A DNA stretch of 64,000 nucleotides from a virus, in IMG/VR virus record IMGVR_UViG_3300036770_005754, positions 103,472 through 167,471 of that record, one strand, 5' to 3'. The stretch's first letter is position 1; each line of letters begins with the position of its first letter. The notes beneath the pieces are model-generated. The model did no database searches, was not told the DNA's origin, and was given only the letters and a program-made list of their open reading frames with translations. Both the position numbers and the translations under genes were made by a program. Below are positions 1 to 8,205 of this stretch, piece by piece.

Positions 1-737
1 TAAGCAACCCAAGGGTGCTTTATAGCAGCATTCTTATAAATCTCACTATACTTATCCTTCATGAATAGACCAATATCAGGGACATAATCTGATAGTAAAT
101 GGTAAACCTCCTCAGAAATCCTAAAAGACTTATTCCTAAAATCCATTAGCTGGTCAGACTCAACATGACACAAGTACTTCTCCCCATTAAGTAGGATGAA
201 GTGCAAATCATCCTTACCAAGGTAATAATCTGCTTTCTCGACATTGACTGTACACCATTCTGATTTGTGGCTCATGTCACTGGCTATTTTAGCCGCTTTC
301 CCAGTATCATCGATTCTCTTGACTTTTATTATTCTTAGTCCATTGTTATTGACTAGTATTTCTGAGTATGGTGGTTCTTCGATGCTCCAGTTCCTGCGGG
401 ATTCTTGGAGTTTGCGATTGCTGGGTTTTGATGCCCTTAGCTCTTCAAATTCTATGAGGGCACTGTGTATTATCCTGGAGGTGTAGTTGAATATGTTCTT
501 ATAGTTGGGGTTGTGTCTAGCTAGGATACTACTGTATCTGTTGTCTCTTATGTTATTATTGTAGATTTCTATTGAGTCTAGGATGTTGTTGATGTTTTCT
601 CCGTTGTGGTATTCTTTGATTCCCCATTCTTGTTCGTGTGGTTTTAGTGGTTTTAGTCTGTTGGCTATTTCTGGGGGTATGTTGGTGTAGTCGATTTCTT
701 CGGTGAGGGTTTTGGTTAGTATTTGGCAGAGCTTCAT
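1..737 (-). CDS. Variable-repeat protein, paralog C (truncated by window edge)
   Basis: ATG at 737 overlaps a TGA (ATGA). DNA 1-737 is nearly identical to 1334-2070, reading MKLCQILTKTLTEEIDY...EWCTVN...; the frame runs off the left end just as the repeats begin. Confidence 0.9.
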   Translation of the reverse strand, partial: MKLCQILTKTLTEEIDYTNIPPEIANRLKPLKPHEQEWGIKEYHNGENINNILDSIEIYNNNIRDNRYSSILARHNPNYKNIFNYTSRIIHSALIEFEELRASKPSNRKLQESRRNWSIEEPPYSEILVNNNGLRIIKVKRIDDTGKAAKIASDMSHKSEWCTVNVEKADYYLGKDDLHFILLNGEKYLCHVESDQLMDFRNKSFRISEEVYHLLSDYVPDIGLFMKDKYSEIYKNAAIKHPWVA

Positions 738-801
738 ATGTTGAAGTGTTTCTTGTACGTGTTTGCGGCGTTATAGTCTCTCATTATGTTGGTTCTGCTT
801 C

Positions 802-978
802 CAGTTCTATCTTTGTTCAGTGACTTAGTCAGCATACCTTTACTTTCTATCTGTTGGGAGATCCAGTAGTTGATACGCCAGAGCATCTAACATATCAACT
901 ACCGGATAAGCCTTGGTCAGAGCGGTGGAACACCAGCACTCACGTGCTCTGGCTGACAAAGAATATCTATGGCGTATT
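802..978 (-). ncRNA. 177-bp structured insertion interrupting the last repeat of paralog B (candidate structured RNA or MITE-like element)
   Basis: Flanked by 6-bp direct repeats (TGCTTC at 796-801 and 979-984). It contains a 22-bp hairpin at 861-907 whose four non-Watson-Crick positions are all G-U on the minus strand, and an AGCAC-GUGA-GUGCU GNRA hairpin at 935-948. The orphaned C-terminal cap (...YKKHFNI*) follows at 734-801. Confidence 0.55.
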
Positions 979-2070
979 TGCTTCAGGCCGCCTACGTTTA
1001 AGGACATGCATAGTATAATAGATAGCGGCCCCAGCGTTCTTCATTATGATTGGTTCTGCCTCGGGCCATCTACGTTTAAGAACGTGATGAGCATAATGGA
1101 CAGCGGCCCGGACGTCCTTCATTATGATTGGCTCTGCCTCGGGCCATTCACGTTCTAGAACGTGCTGAGCATAATAAACAGCGACCCGGACGTCCTTCAT
1201 TATGTTTGGTTCTGCCTCGGGCCATCTACGTTTAAGAACGTACTGAGCATAATAGACAGCAGCCCAAGGGTGCTTCATTATGATTGGCTCTGCTTCAGGC
1301 CATTCACGTTTAAGAACAGAATGGGCATAATTATAAGCAACCCAAGGATGCTTTATAGCAGCATTCTTATAAATCTCACTATACTTATCCTTCATGAATA
1401 AACCAATATCAGGGACATAATCTGATAGTAAATGGTAAACCTCCTCAGAAATCCTAAAAGACTCATTCCAGAAATCCATTAGTTGGTCAGACTCAGCATG
1501 ACATAAATACTTCTCACCATTAAGTAGGATGAAGTACAAATCATCCTTGCCAAGGTAATAATCTGCTTTCTCGACATTGACTGTACACCATTCGGTTTTG
1601 TGGCTCATGTCACTGGCTATTTTAGCAGCTTTACCAGTATCATCGATTCTCTTGACTTTTATTATTCTTAGTCTATTGTTATTGACTAGTATTTCTGAGT
1701 ATGGTGGTTCCTCGATACTCCAGTTCCTGCGGGATTCTTGGAGTTTGCGATTGCTGGGCTTTGGGGCTTTTAGTTCTTCAAATTCTATGAGGGCGCTGTG
1801 TATTATTCTGGAGGTGTAGTTGAATATGTTTTTATAGTTGGGGTTGTGTCTGACTAGGATTTTGCTGTATCTGTTGTCTCTGATGTTATCATTGTATATT
1901 TGTATTGAGTCTAGGATGTTGTTGATGTTTTCTCCGTTGTGGTATTCTTTGATTCCCCATTCTTGTTCGTGTTGTTTGAGTGGTTTTAGTCTTTCTACTA
2001 TTTCTGGGGGTATATTGGTGTAGTCGATTTCTTCGGTGAGGGTTTTGGTTAGTATTTGGCACAGTTTCAT
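967..2070 (-). CDS. Variable-repeat protein, paralog B (conserved 'EWCT' N-terminal domain plus 26-aa WPEAEP repeats; C-terminus cut by the insertion)
   Basis: 367-aa ORF with 4 full repeats plus a fifth interrupted at RRRPEA|NTP*; 78-bp DNA periodicity. Confidence 0.9.
   Translation of the reverse strand: MKLCQILTKTLTEEIDYTNIPPEIVERLKPLKQHEQEWGIKEYHNGENINNILDSIQIYNDNIRDNRYSKILVRHNPNYKNIFNYTSRIIHSALIEFEELKAPKPSNRKLQESRRNWSIEEPPYSEILVNNNRLRIIKVKRIDDTGKAAKIASDMSHKTEWCTVNVEKADYYLGKDDLYFILLNGEKYLCHAESDQLMDFWNESFRISEEVYHLLSDYVPDIGLFMKDKYSEIYKNAAIKHPWVAYNYAHSVLKREWPEAEPIIMKHPWAAVYYAQYVLKRRWPEAEPNIMKDVRVAVYYAQHVLEREWPEAEPIIMKDVRAAVHYAHHVLKRRWPEAEPIIMKNAGAAIYYTMHVLKRRRPEANTP
979..1350. repeat. 78-bp tandem repeats encoding 26-aa units (paralog B)
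   Basis: GCCTCGGGCCAT recurs with 78-bp spacing, e.g. at ~1058, ~1136 and ~1214. Confidence 0.9.
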
Positions 2071-3377
2071 ATGTTGAAGTGTTTCTTGTACGTGATTGCG
2101 GCGTTAGGGTCTTTCATTATGTTTGGTTCTGCTTCTGGCCATCTACGTTTAAGAACATGTATAGCGTAATCAAGGGCCCCTCCAGGGTTTTTTATTATGT
2201 TTGACTCTGCTTCTGGCCATCTACGTTTAAGAACATAAATAGCATAATTGGCAGCAACTGGAGGGTCCTTCATTATGATTGGCTCTGCTTCTGGCCACCC
2301 ACGTTCTAGAACATGAACAGCGTAATAATAGGCCGCCCCAGGGTCCTTCATTATGTATGGTTCTGCTTCTGGCCATTCACGTTTAAGAACATGATGGGCA
2401 TAATGGACAGCGACATTGTGATCCTTCATTATAATTGGCTCTGCTTCAGGCCATTCACGTCCTAGAATGCTATAAGCATAATCGCAAGCAGCCCCAGCGT
2501 CCTTCATTATGATTGGCTCGGCTTCTGGCCATTCACGTTCAAGAACATGAATAGCATAGATACTAGCGGCATTAGGTTCCTTAATTATTGTCGGTTCTGC
2601 TTCTGGCCATCTACGTTTAAGAACGTCAGCAGCATAATTGGCAGCGTCGATAGGATATTTAATCACAGTATTCTTATATATCTCGCTGCGATTATCCTCC
2701 ATGAAGAAACCAACATCAGGAACATAATCTGATAGTAGATGGTAAACCTCCTCAGAAATCCTAAAAGACTCATTCCAGAAATCCATTAGCTGGCCAGACA
2801 AAACATGACATAAATATTTCTCACCATCAAGCAGAATGAAGTACAGGTCATCCTTGCCAAGGTAGAAATTTGCTTTTTCGACATTGACTGTGCACCATTC
2901 TGACTTGTTGCTCATATCGCTGGCTATTTTAGCAGCTTTGCCAGTATCGTCGACTCTCTGTACTTTTATTATTCTTAACCTATCATTGTTGACTAGGATT
3001 TCTGAGTATGGTGGTTCTTCGATGCTCCAGTTCCTGCGGGATTCTTGGAGTTTGCGATTGCTGGGTTTTGGGGCCCTTAGCTCTTCAAATTCTGTGAGGG
3101 CACTGTGTATTATTCTGGAGGTGTAGTTGAATATGTTTTTATAGTTGGGGTTGTGTCTAGCTAGGATTTTGCTGTATCTATTGTCTCTGATATTATCATT
3201 ATATATGGCGATTGAGTCTAGGATGTTGTTGATTGTTTCTCCGTTGTGGTATTCTTTGATCCCCCATTCTTGTTCGTGTGGTTTGAGTGGTTTTAGTCTG
3301 TCTGCTATTTCGGGGGGTATGTTGGTGTAGTCAATTCCTTCGGTGAGGGTTCTGGTTAGTATTTGGCAGAGTTTCAT
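2067..3377 (-). CDS. Variable-repeat protein, paralog A (7 repeats plus C-terminal cap)
   Basis: Start placed at MKLCQIL (3377) by homology to paralogs B and C. Seven WPEAE repeats, ending YKKHFNI*, with an ATGA overlap onto paralog B. Confidence 0.9.
   Translation of the reverse strand: MKLCQILTRTLTEGIDYTNIPPEIADRLKPLKPHEQEWGIKEYHNGETINNILDSIAIYNDNIRDNRYSKILARHNPNYKNIFNYTSRIIHSALTEFEELRAPKPSNRKLQESRRNWSIEEPPYSEILVNNDRLRIIKVQRVDDTGKAAKIASDMSNKSEWCTVNVEKANFYLGKDDLYFILLDGEKYLCHVLSGQLMDFWNESFRISEEVYHLLSDYVPDVGFFMEDNRSEIYKNTVIKYPIDAANYAADVLKRRWPEAEPTIIKEPNAASIYAIHVLEREWPEAEPIIMKDAGAACDYAYSILGREWPEAEPIIMKDHNVAVHYAHHVLKREWPEAEPYIMKDPGAAYYYAVHVLERGWPEAEPIIMKDPPVAANYAIYVLKRRWPEAESNIIKNPGGALDYAIHVLKRRWPEAEPNIMKDPNAAITYKKHFNI
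2110..2660. repeat. 78-bp tandem repeats encoding 26-aa units (paralog A)
   Basis: GCTTCTGGCCA and close variants recur about every 78 bp, seven times. Confidence 0.9.
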
Positions 3378-3391
3378 ATGTTTAAGGACTT

Positions 3392-3763
3392 CTATCTGAG
3401 AGAGACGGCCAAGCTTATAATAGAGACGATTAACGACCCAATTATTGATATGACCGCACTCCAGAACCCCCATTTACTGGAGATAGTTGAATCGTGTTCT
3501 TGTTCTCTTCTATATGCTGCGAATTCAGCATCTAGTGAATTGATATCTCTGATTATATTATTAAATTGTTCGTTATTTGGGTGGTATCTTAGTCTATCGT
3601 TGATCGTATCTCTTGTATTGCTTATTTCATCTTGTATGTATGATTGTATTTCTACACATCTGTCTTTCAACCTCTCGACAGCCATATTTAGACGCTCGAG
3701 TTCAGACAGTACTAGTCTTCTGTACTCGGCCCAATCATCAGTAGTTTCGTCTTTTCGGGTCAT
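3392..3763 (-). CDS. Coiled-coil protein with C-terminal transmembrane helix (holin/XhlA-like candidate)
   Basis: Charged heptad-like body followed by hydrophobic WGFWSAVISIIGSLIVSIISLAVSL. Confidence 0.55.
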   Translation of the reverse strand: MTRKDETTDDWAEYRRLVLSELERLNMAVERLKDRCVEIQSYIQDEISNTRDTINDRLRYHPNNEQFNNIIRDINSLDAEFAAYRREQEHDSTISSKWGFWSAVISIIGSLIVSIISLAVSLR

Positions 3764-4232
3764 GTCTGTTCCCGCTTCTATACACCGAACTGAACCTGCT
3801 TTCAGCGTCTTTACACTTTGAACAGCTCAATGGTACCTGTCTTCCGATGGCATATGTTAATCCGTTTCTCCAAGATGTCGCGTTCCACTCTAACACTATA
3901 AAATCGTCTTCTCCAATGTTTGATTTAATGCGATATCTATTGTGAAAACGCACGATATCATGTTCTGACATGTATTCGAGAATGTCTCTTGTCTTTTCAA
4001 CGTCGTCCGGATGAACAAAGTCTATGAATGGTACGGATAGGAGTTCATCTTCCGACCATCCGAGAATTTTCTCCCATGATTTGTTGATCTTTTTAAGATA
4101 GCCGAGCCTATCTGCCACACAGCATAGATCAGGTGCAAAGTCGAAAAATTCGTCCTTTGTATTGTCCAATTCTACCGTCAAACGTCTTATTCTGTCCATC
4201 TGAGTTGGCGGAAATTCGATCGATTTCATCAT
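3738..4232 (-). CDS. Stand-alone PAS-domain protein
   Basis: Classic PAS signature FFDFAPDLCCVAD..G.LKKINKSWEKILGWSEDELLSVPFIDFVHPDD; C-terminal CxxC; no output domain. Confidence 0.85.
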   Translation of the reverse strand: MMKSIEFPPTQMDRIRRLTVELDNTKDEFFDFAPDLCCVADRLGYLKKINKSWEKILGWSEDELLSVPFIDFVHPDDVEKTRDILEYMSEHDIVRFHNRYRIKSNIGEDDFIVLEWNATSWRNGLTYAIGRQVPLSCSKCKDAESRFSSVYRSGNRHDPKRRNY

Positions 4233-4238
4233 TGTTCC

Positions 4239-5039
4239 TCATGAGATCGTGAAGATGAATTTTCTACTGACTCTCATAGAGCCATCCGGTAGAATTAGCT
4301 TTAACCAATATCTATATGTTCCCTTTAAAAATTTGTAAGTATCAAGGTCATACTGTATAACCCAAGGGTTCGATCTATATGACCCATGTCTAATTCCTAT
4401 TCTAGCCGGATTATCATTAACGAGTAGTTCACAGTGCTGTGTCTCTATGGAAATGTATGGTTTCAAGAATGGTATCATCGGATTGACTAAGTTGAAATTA
4501 TAATCATATAATGGGAGAGGCATTAAGCCCACCTCTAGTGGTCTAACTTCTGGAGAGTGAAATCTCTGATCTAGCGGTTCAAATGCGAATTTTATAGTCT
4601 GTAATGAATCGCTACAGAACCAACTATCAGGGTAGATCCAAAACCTGTGGCAACATTTTAATAATAACGGACTATTGGCTATATCATCTATATCGCAGCT
4701 CGTGTCTTCACATGGGTTGACGGCGAAATAGTACCAAAGATCGAAATAAACATCAGGTGCAGAGAAATCACTTGGTACGTGGTATAATAAATGATACTTG
4801 CCTGGTATAGTGTCTGAGTTAGTACCGTCGGACTCTTGGTACAATGGCAGCGGATAAGACTGGTCTTCGGGTGAAACGACCGGCACAGTCGACACCAAAT
4901 TATGAGGTGCAACGGATGTTTTGTATATTTCTACATATCGGATTGCGAATGGGTCTGATAAGACACCATTGTTATAAAAATCGACATTCAAGTCGACGAC
5001 ATTACCAAGGCGAGCAGATATTCGTGGGAATGTGTTCAT
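4239..5039 (-). CDS. Hypothetical protein, probably virion structural (beta-rich)
   Basis: 266-aa ORF with a GAGGA RBS, next to baseplate genes. Confidence 0.6.
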   Translation of the reverse strand: MNTFPRISARLGNVVDLNVDFYNNGVLSDPFAIRYVEIYKTSVAPHNLVSTVPVVSPEDQSYPLPLYQESDGTNSDTIPGKYHLLYHVPSDFSAPDVYFDLWYYFAVNPCEDTSCDIDDIANSPLLLKCCHRFWIYPDSWFCSDSLQTIKFAFEPLDQRFHSPEVRPLEVGLMPLPLYDYNFNLVNPMIPFLKPYISIETQHCELLVNDNPARIGIRHGSYRSNPWVIQYDLDTYKFLKGTYRYWLKLILPDGSMRVSRKFIFTIS

Positions 5040-5115
5040 TAGAAATCCTCAGCCGGTGTTATTCTATATTTGGCTGAGGGGGCGATAATAGACCTCGTCT
5101 ACGAAATAGGCCGTG

Positions 5116-5292
5116 TTACTTTCTAGGCCCTCTCCTTGACATCGACCTTGATTGTTTTTCCTCTCTTTCTTTATTCTCCTGAATCTCTTTATTTAATCTC
5201 TTCATAAACCAGGCACGTTCTTCAGATGTCATTTGATTCTGTTCAAACAAACTCAGTTTACAATGGTACTTTAATTGGAACTGTTGCTCCAT
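5116..5292 (-). CDS. Baseplate hub assembly catalyst, T4 gp51-like (frame open to 5400; possible frameshift extension of the upstream gene)
   Basis: F.L..H...S..E...M..EER.WF...L pattern, directly downstream of the gp26-like gene. Confidence 0.65.
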   Translation of the reverse strand: MEQQFQLKYHCKLSLFEQNQMTSEERAWFMKRLNKEIQENKEREEKQSRSMSRRGPRK

Positions 5293-5317
5293 TAAAGAAT
5301 TCCACGCACGCTCGTAT

Positions 5318-6358
5318 TCATGATCGCTTTGACGGGCGAAAAAAGTTTTCCGTAATCGGAAGCTCCACTGTATGTTCGCGATTGCAATCTGGACATTCAA
5401 CTATCACAGAATTGTCAATGCCTGGTGTATGTTCACGTAACCATTCACGAACTGTAGCAGTATCTTTAGCATGCATTTGCTGGACGAATTGTCTAATTTT
5501 GAAAGGATCAGTAGACCCCATCACACTAACTATAACCTTCTCCAGATTTTCGGTAACTGTATCGTCCAATTGCTGTGTCTGCTGTCTCTGAGCATTAATG
5601 TCAAGAGATCTCTGTTGGCCACGTGTTTTTACGCTACCACCAGGTCGAACTTTCAACTTCTCTTTCGTTTTCCTCTTTGCGAGCATGGCGTTCGCATCAT
5701 ATGCTCTCAAGAATCGAACGGAAACCCAGACATCATTTTTCACGGCAGCACTTAAGTACGGCAAATTAACTCGAAATGGTTCTTGACCAAGGGACGCCTT
5801 AGCCCAATTCACAGTCTTTGCCAGATCATTTAAATCATAAGCGTGTGTTGAGACAGCTTGGCATTCTTGGTTTGGGCAAGTAAATGCGAACTCGTAAACA
5901 TTACCATGCGTTATACCACGCAAGAAGTATAGTAAGAAAACGCGGTCGCCGAGCAGAAGATTAATAGGATCAAAACCATCCGGGAATTTGCAGCATTCTC
6001 TGAATAAGTAATCTATAGACTGTCCTGATTGGGCTAAACGTTGGGTCGCAAGAATCTTTTCAGCATTCAGATTCATGGCGCGAACTTTGACTAGCCCATC
6101 GTCCCACGCCCCGTCATAATAATAACCCTTACTCGGGAGATAACAATCTTCCCATGGTATCAACTGATCAGCTGGAAGCTGCAGAATCTTATCCAAAAAT
6201 TCTTCTGGGTTCTCACCCGGCGTTCTTATACCAGAGATATCGCCATAGTGCTCGGAGATATGATTAATATGTTTCTCTTGATTGTTCGTCGTTCGTGTGT
6301 CATCGCCGATGACTACTTCTTCGTTCAAATCTTCTGGAACCGTACCATCTGCGCTCAT
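5318..6358 (-). CDS. Baseplate hub subunit / tail assembly chaperone, T4 gp26-like
   Basis: LPSKG motif, VKVRAM, two CPxxC zinc motifs, C-terminal ENFFRP; follows the tail tube genes. Confidence 0.75.
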   Translation of the reverse strand: MSADGTVPEDLNEEVVIGDDTRTTNNQEKHINHISEHYGDISGIRTPGENPEEFLDKILQLPADQLIPWEDCYLPSKGYYYDGAWDDGLVKVRAMNLNAEKILATQRLAQSGQSIDYLFRECCKFPDGFDPINLLLGDRVFLLYFLRGITHGNVYEFAFTCPNQECQAVSTHAYDLNDLAKTVNWAKASLGQEPFRVNLPYLSAAVKNDVWVSVRFLRAYDANAMLAKRKTKEKLKVRPGGSVKTRGQQRSLDINAQRQQTQQLDDTVTENLEKVIVSVMGSTDPFKIRQFVQQMHAKDTATVREWLREHTPGIDNSVIVECPDCNREHTVELPITENFFRPSKRS

Positions 6359-6411
6359 TTTATTTCCTATTTTGGTGGTTGTCGACTAGTGTAATCTATA
6401 TACTTATTAAA

Positions 6412-6942
6412 CTACTCAACACTAGTCGTCTCTTCTGCCCAATCATATGTAACTGTTACTTCTACGACTTTAACATCACTAGATGTGTAGGTTAAATCAC
6501 CATGCCGTATTACCGATGGCCATGACCCTTTTAATATCCAGCTATAACCATCTTTTGGTTCCCATGTCGGTGAATATATGTTTATCCTTGATTCTTTCTT
6601 GTAGTCATTGGCCAATTTTAGACCTGTCCCTGGTGTCCATACCGTTTCTCTCCACCGTTTTACTATTTTTATTAATCCGACAACATCATAGAATACTATT
6701 TTGACATCGTCGTATGAAACACTCTTTGCGAATTTGTATCTTAACGCAGAACCTTGCTGATTCTCAATATCGACTGTAAATGCTGGCGGTGTTATGTCTT
6801 TAGCATTTACTAGCAGTGTTTGGCTATCGCCGAATAATTGAAACACCTCCCATGTATAATTATGCAGATATTCTTGGAAAGACGAAGGCCCCCTCATAGA
6901 CCCTGCTTGACCGCCCACTTTCATGACCGAAAAACCCGGCAT
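6412..6942 (-). CDS. Tail tube-like protein (gp19 family), paralog 3
   Basis: W.LKGSWPSVI..GDL.Y.SSD...VEVTVTYDWA gp19-type C-terminus; starts MPGF. Confidence 0.8.
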   Translation of the reverse strand: MPGFSVMKVGGQAGSMRGPSSFQEYLHNYTWEVFQLFGDSQTLLVNAKDITPPAFTVDIENQQGSALRYKFAKSVSYDDVKIVFYDVVGLIKIVKRWRETVWTPGTGLKLANDYKKESRINIYSPTWEPKDGYSWILKGSWPSVIRHGDLTYTSSDVKVVEVTVTYDWAEETTSVE

Positions 6943-6943
6943 T

Positions 6944-7528
6944 TTAAGCCTCTTCTGCCTTATTGTATCTTAAAATAACAGATATCGTTGATATCTCAGA
7001 TTCTCTGTAAGATATCTGCGAAGGAGTTATTTTCTGCGGCCAACAATCATAGATCTTGTACGTCCATACTGGGTTACCAACGCCATCTAGCATTTGTAAA
7101 AAAGCATTTTTGTAGTAGTCTCTTGGTTTACCTTGTTTAGAATCTTGTAGTATTATCATTGATTTAGCCCACCAGTTATACAAATTTTCGGCAGCGGCGT
7201 TTTTAAAACTGCCGGGTGCATTGCCTCTCAATTTCTCATAGAACGTGAATTCTATTGGGGTCCACTTATTCTTACCAGGCCTATATATCTCATCTTGCCC
7301 AGAATGGATTGTAATTTCATCTATTTCAACAGTGGGTCTAGTGCATTTTTCAAGGTACATTAGTAAGTTCGAGTCCTTCCCTTTTCCTTCCATCGGCTCG
7401 AACACTTCTAACAAATATCTATGGTTGCGTGCTGTTTCCGATAAGTTATTTGATCCAGAGTATATCGAATCTTCCTGAAATGCGTCTTCGTCCAAACAGC
7501 TCTCTGCTGGTATGTTAAAACCTGGCAT
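6944..7528 (-). CDS. Tail tube-like protein (gp19 family), paralog 2
   Basis: PGKNKWTPIEFTFY, Y.K...L.MLD..G.PV..Y....CWP; starts MPGF. Confidence 0.85.
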   Translation of the reverse strand: MPGFNIPAESCLDEDAFQEDSIYSGSNNLSETARNHRYLLEVFEPMEGKGKDSNLLMYLEKCTRPTVEIDEITIHSGQDEIYRPGKNKWTPIEFTFYEKLRGNAPGSFKNAAAENLYNWWAKSMIILQDSKQGKPRDYYKNAFLQMLDGVGNPVWTYKIYDCWPQKITPSQISYRESEISTISVILRYNKAEEA

Positions 7529-7546
7529 TCATTCGTTCCTTTATAT

Positions 7547-7576
7547 AGCGAAGGCCCGGTGAACCGGGCCTTCGCT
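7547..7576. promoter_or_regulatory. Perfect 14-bp inverted repeat after the major tail tube gene (mRNA-stabilising hairpin or attenuator)
   Basis: AGCGAAGGCCCGGT-GA-ACCGGGCCTTCGCT; no U-tract on the minus strand. Confidence 0.6.
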
Positions 7577-7601
7577 TGAGTCGGCGACACAGCCGACATC
7601 A

Positions 7602-8180
7602 TTATGGACAGCTTGGAGAGACCGGAGAAGCACCGGGAGCAGAAGTACATGTTCTAACAGCACGATCGTACCTCATAGTCGCTTCACATGTCATTAAGTC
7701 AGTAGAAGCGTAATCAAGTTCTTGCCAATTAATGGCCTGAGGCCAAGTACCAAGCATTTGCCATTGCTCATTAGTCTGACCAGCACCATCAAGCATCACC
7801 AGAGAAGCAGTTCTCTTATAATACCTAGGATGCGCAACAGACAGCTGCTGCATATTCACAACAGTCTCGAGCCAGTGGTATAAACCGCGTGAGATATCAG
7901 GGTTCTGCTCAGAGTCATACCATATCATCGTAACAGGGTCCCAGTCTTGCTTACCAGCAAAACGTGCGACTTCCTGATTATGATGCATTTCCGGCTCTTC
8001 AAACTTGAAGCTGGGCCTATTTGCTTTCTCTAGTACAAGCAATTCAGCTTGCGAGAAAGTGCCTGTGCCTCGGCCCAACGTCTCAAAAACCCAACGATGC
8101 TTTCGCCGGATCTCTAGAGTATTAGAAGGGCCTTGAGAAGAATAGCCGCCACCAAATGGTTGAATGTTAAATCCTGGCAC
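7602..8180 (-). CDS. Major tail tube protein (gp19 family)
   Basis: GTG start at 8180 after an AGGAG RBS gives MPGF like its paralogs; AGKQDWDPVTM, GTWPQAINWQELDY, MRYDRA; directly after the sheath gene. Confidence 0.88.
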   Translation of the reverse strand: MPGFNIQPFGGGYSSQGPSNTLEIRRKHRWVFETLGRGTGTFSQAELLVLEKANRPSFKFEEPEMHHNQEVARFAGKQDWDPVTMIWYDSEQNPDISRGLYHWLETVVNMQQLSVAHPRYYKRTASLVMLDGAGQTNEQWQMLGTWPQAINWQELDYASTDLMTCEATMRYDRAVRTCTSAPGASPVSPSCP

Positions 8181-8205
8181 TGACGTTCTCCTGGTGAATG
8201 ACCAA

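Noticed and set aside
979-2660. CRISPR array
   Set aside because: The 78-bp periodicity is in-frame coding repeat; there is no constant repeat plus unique spacer structure and no cas gene.
244-3330. Plus-strand ORFs repeated three times (MTVHHS..., MGLCL...)
   Set aside because: Antisense shadows of the triplicated minus-strand genes.
967-3377. Diversity-generating retroelement acting on the repeat genes
   Set aside because: No reverse transcriptase or non-coding template repeat in the window, and the differences between repeats are not visibly adenine-specific.
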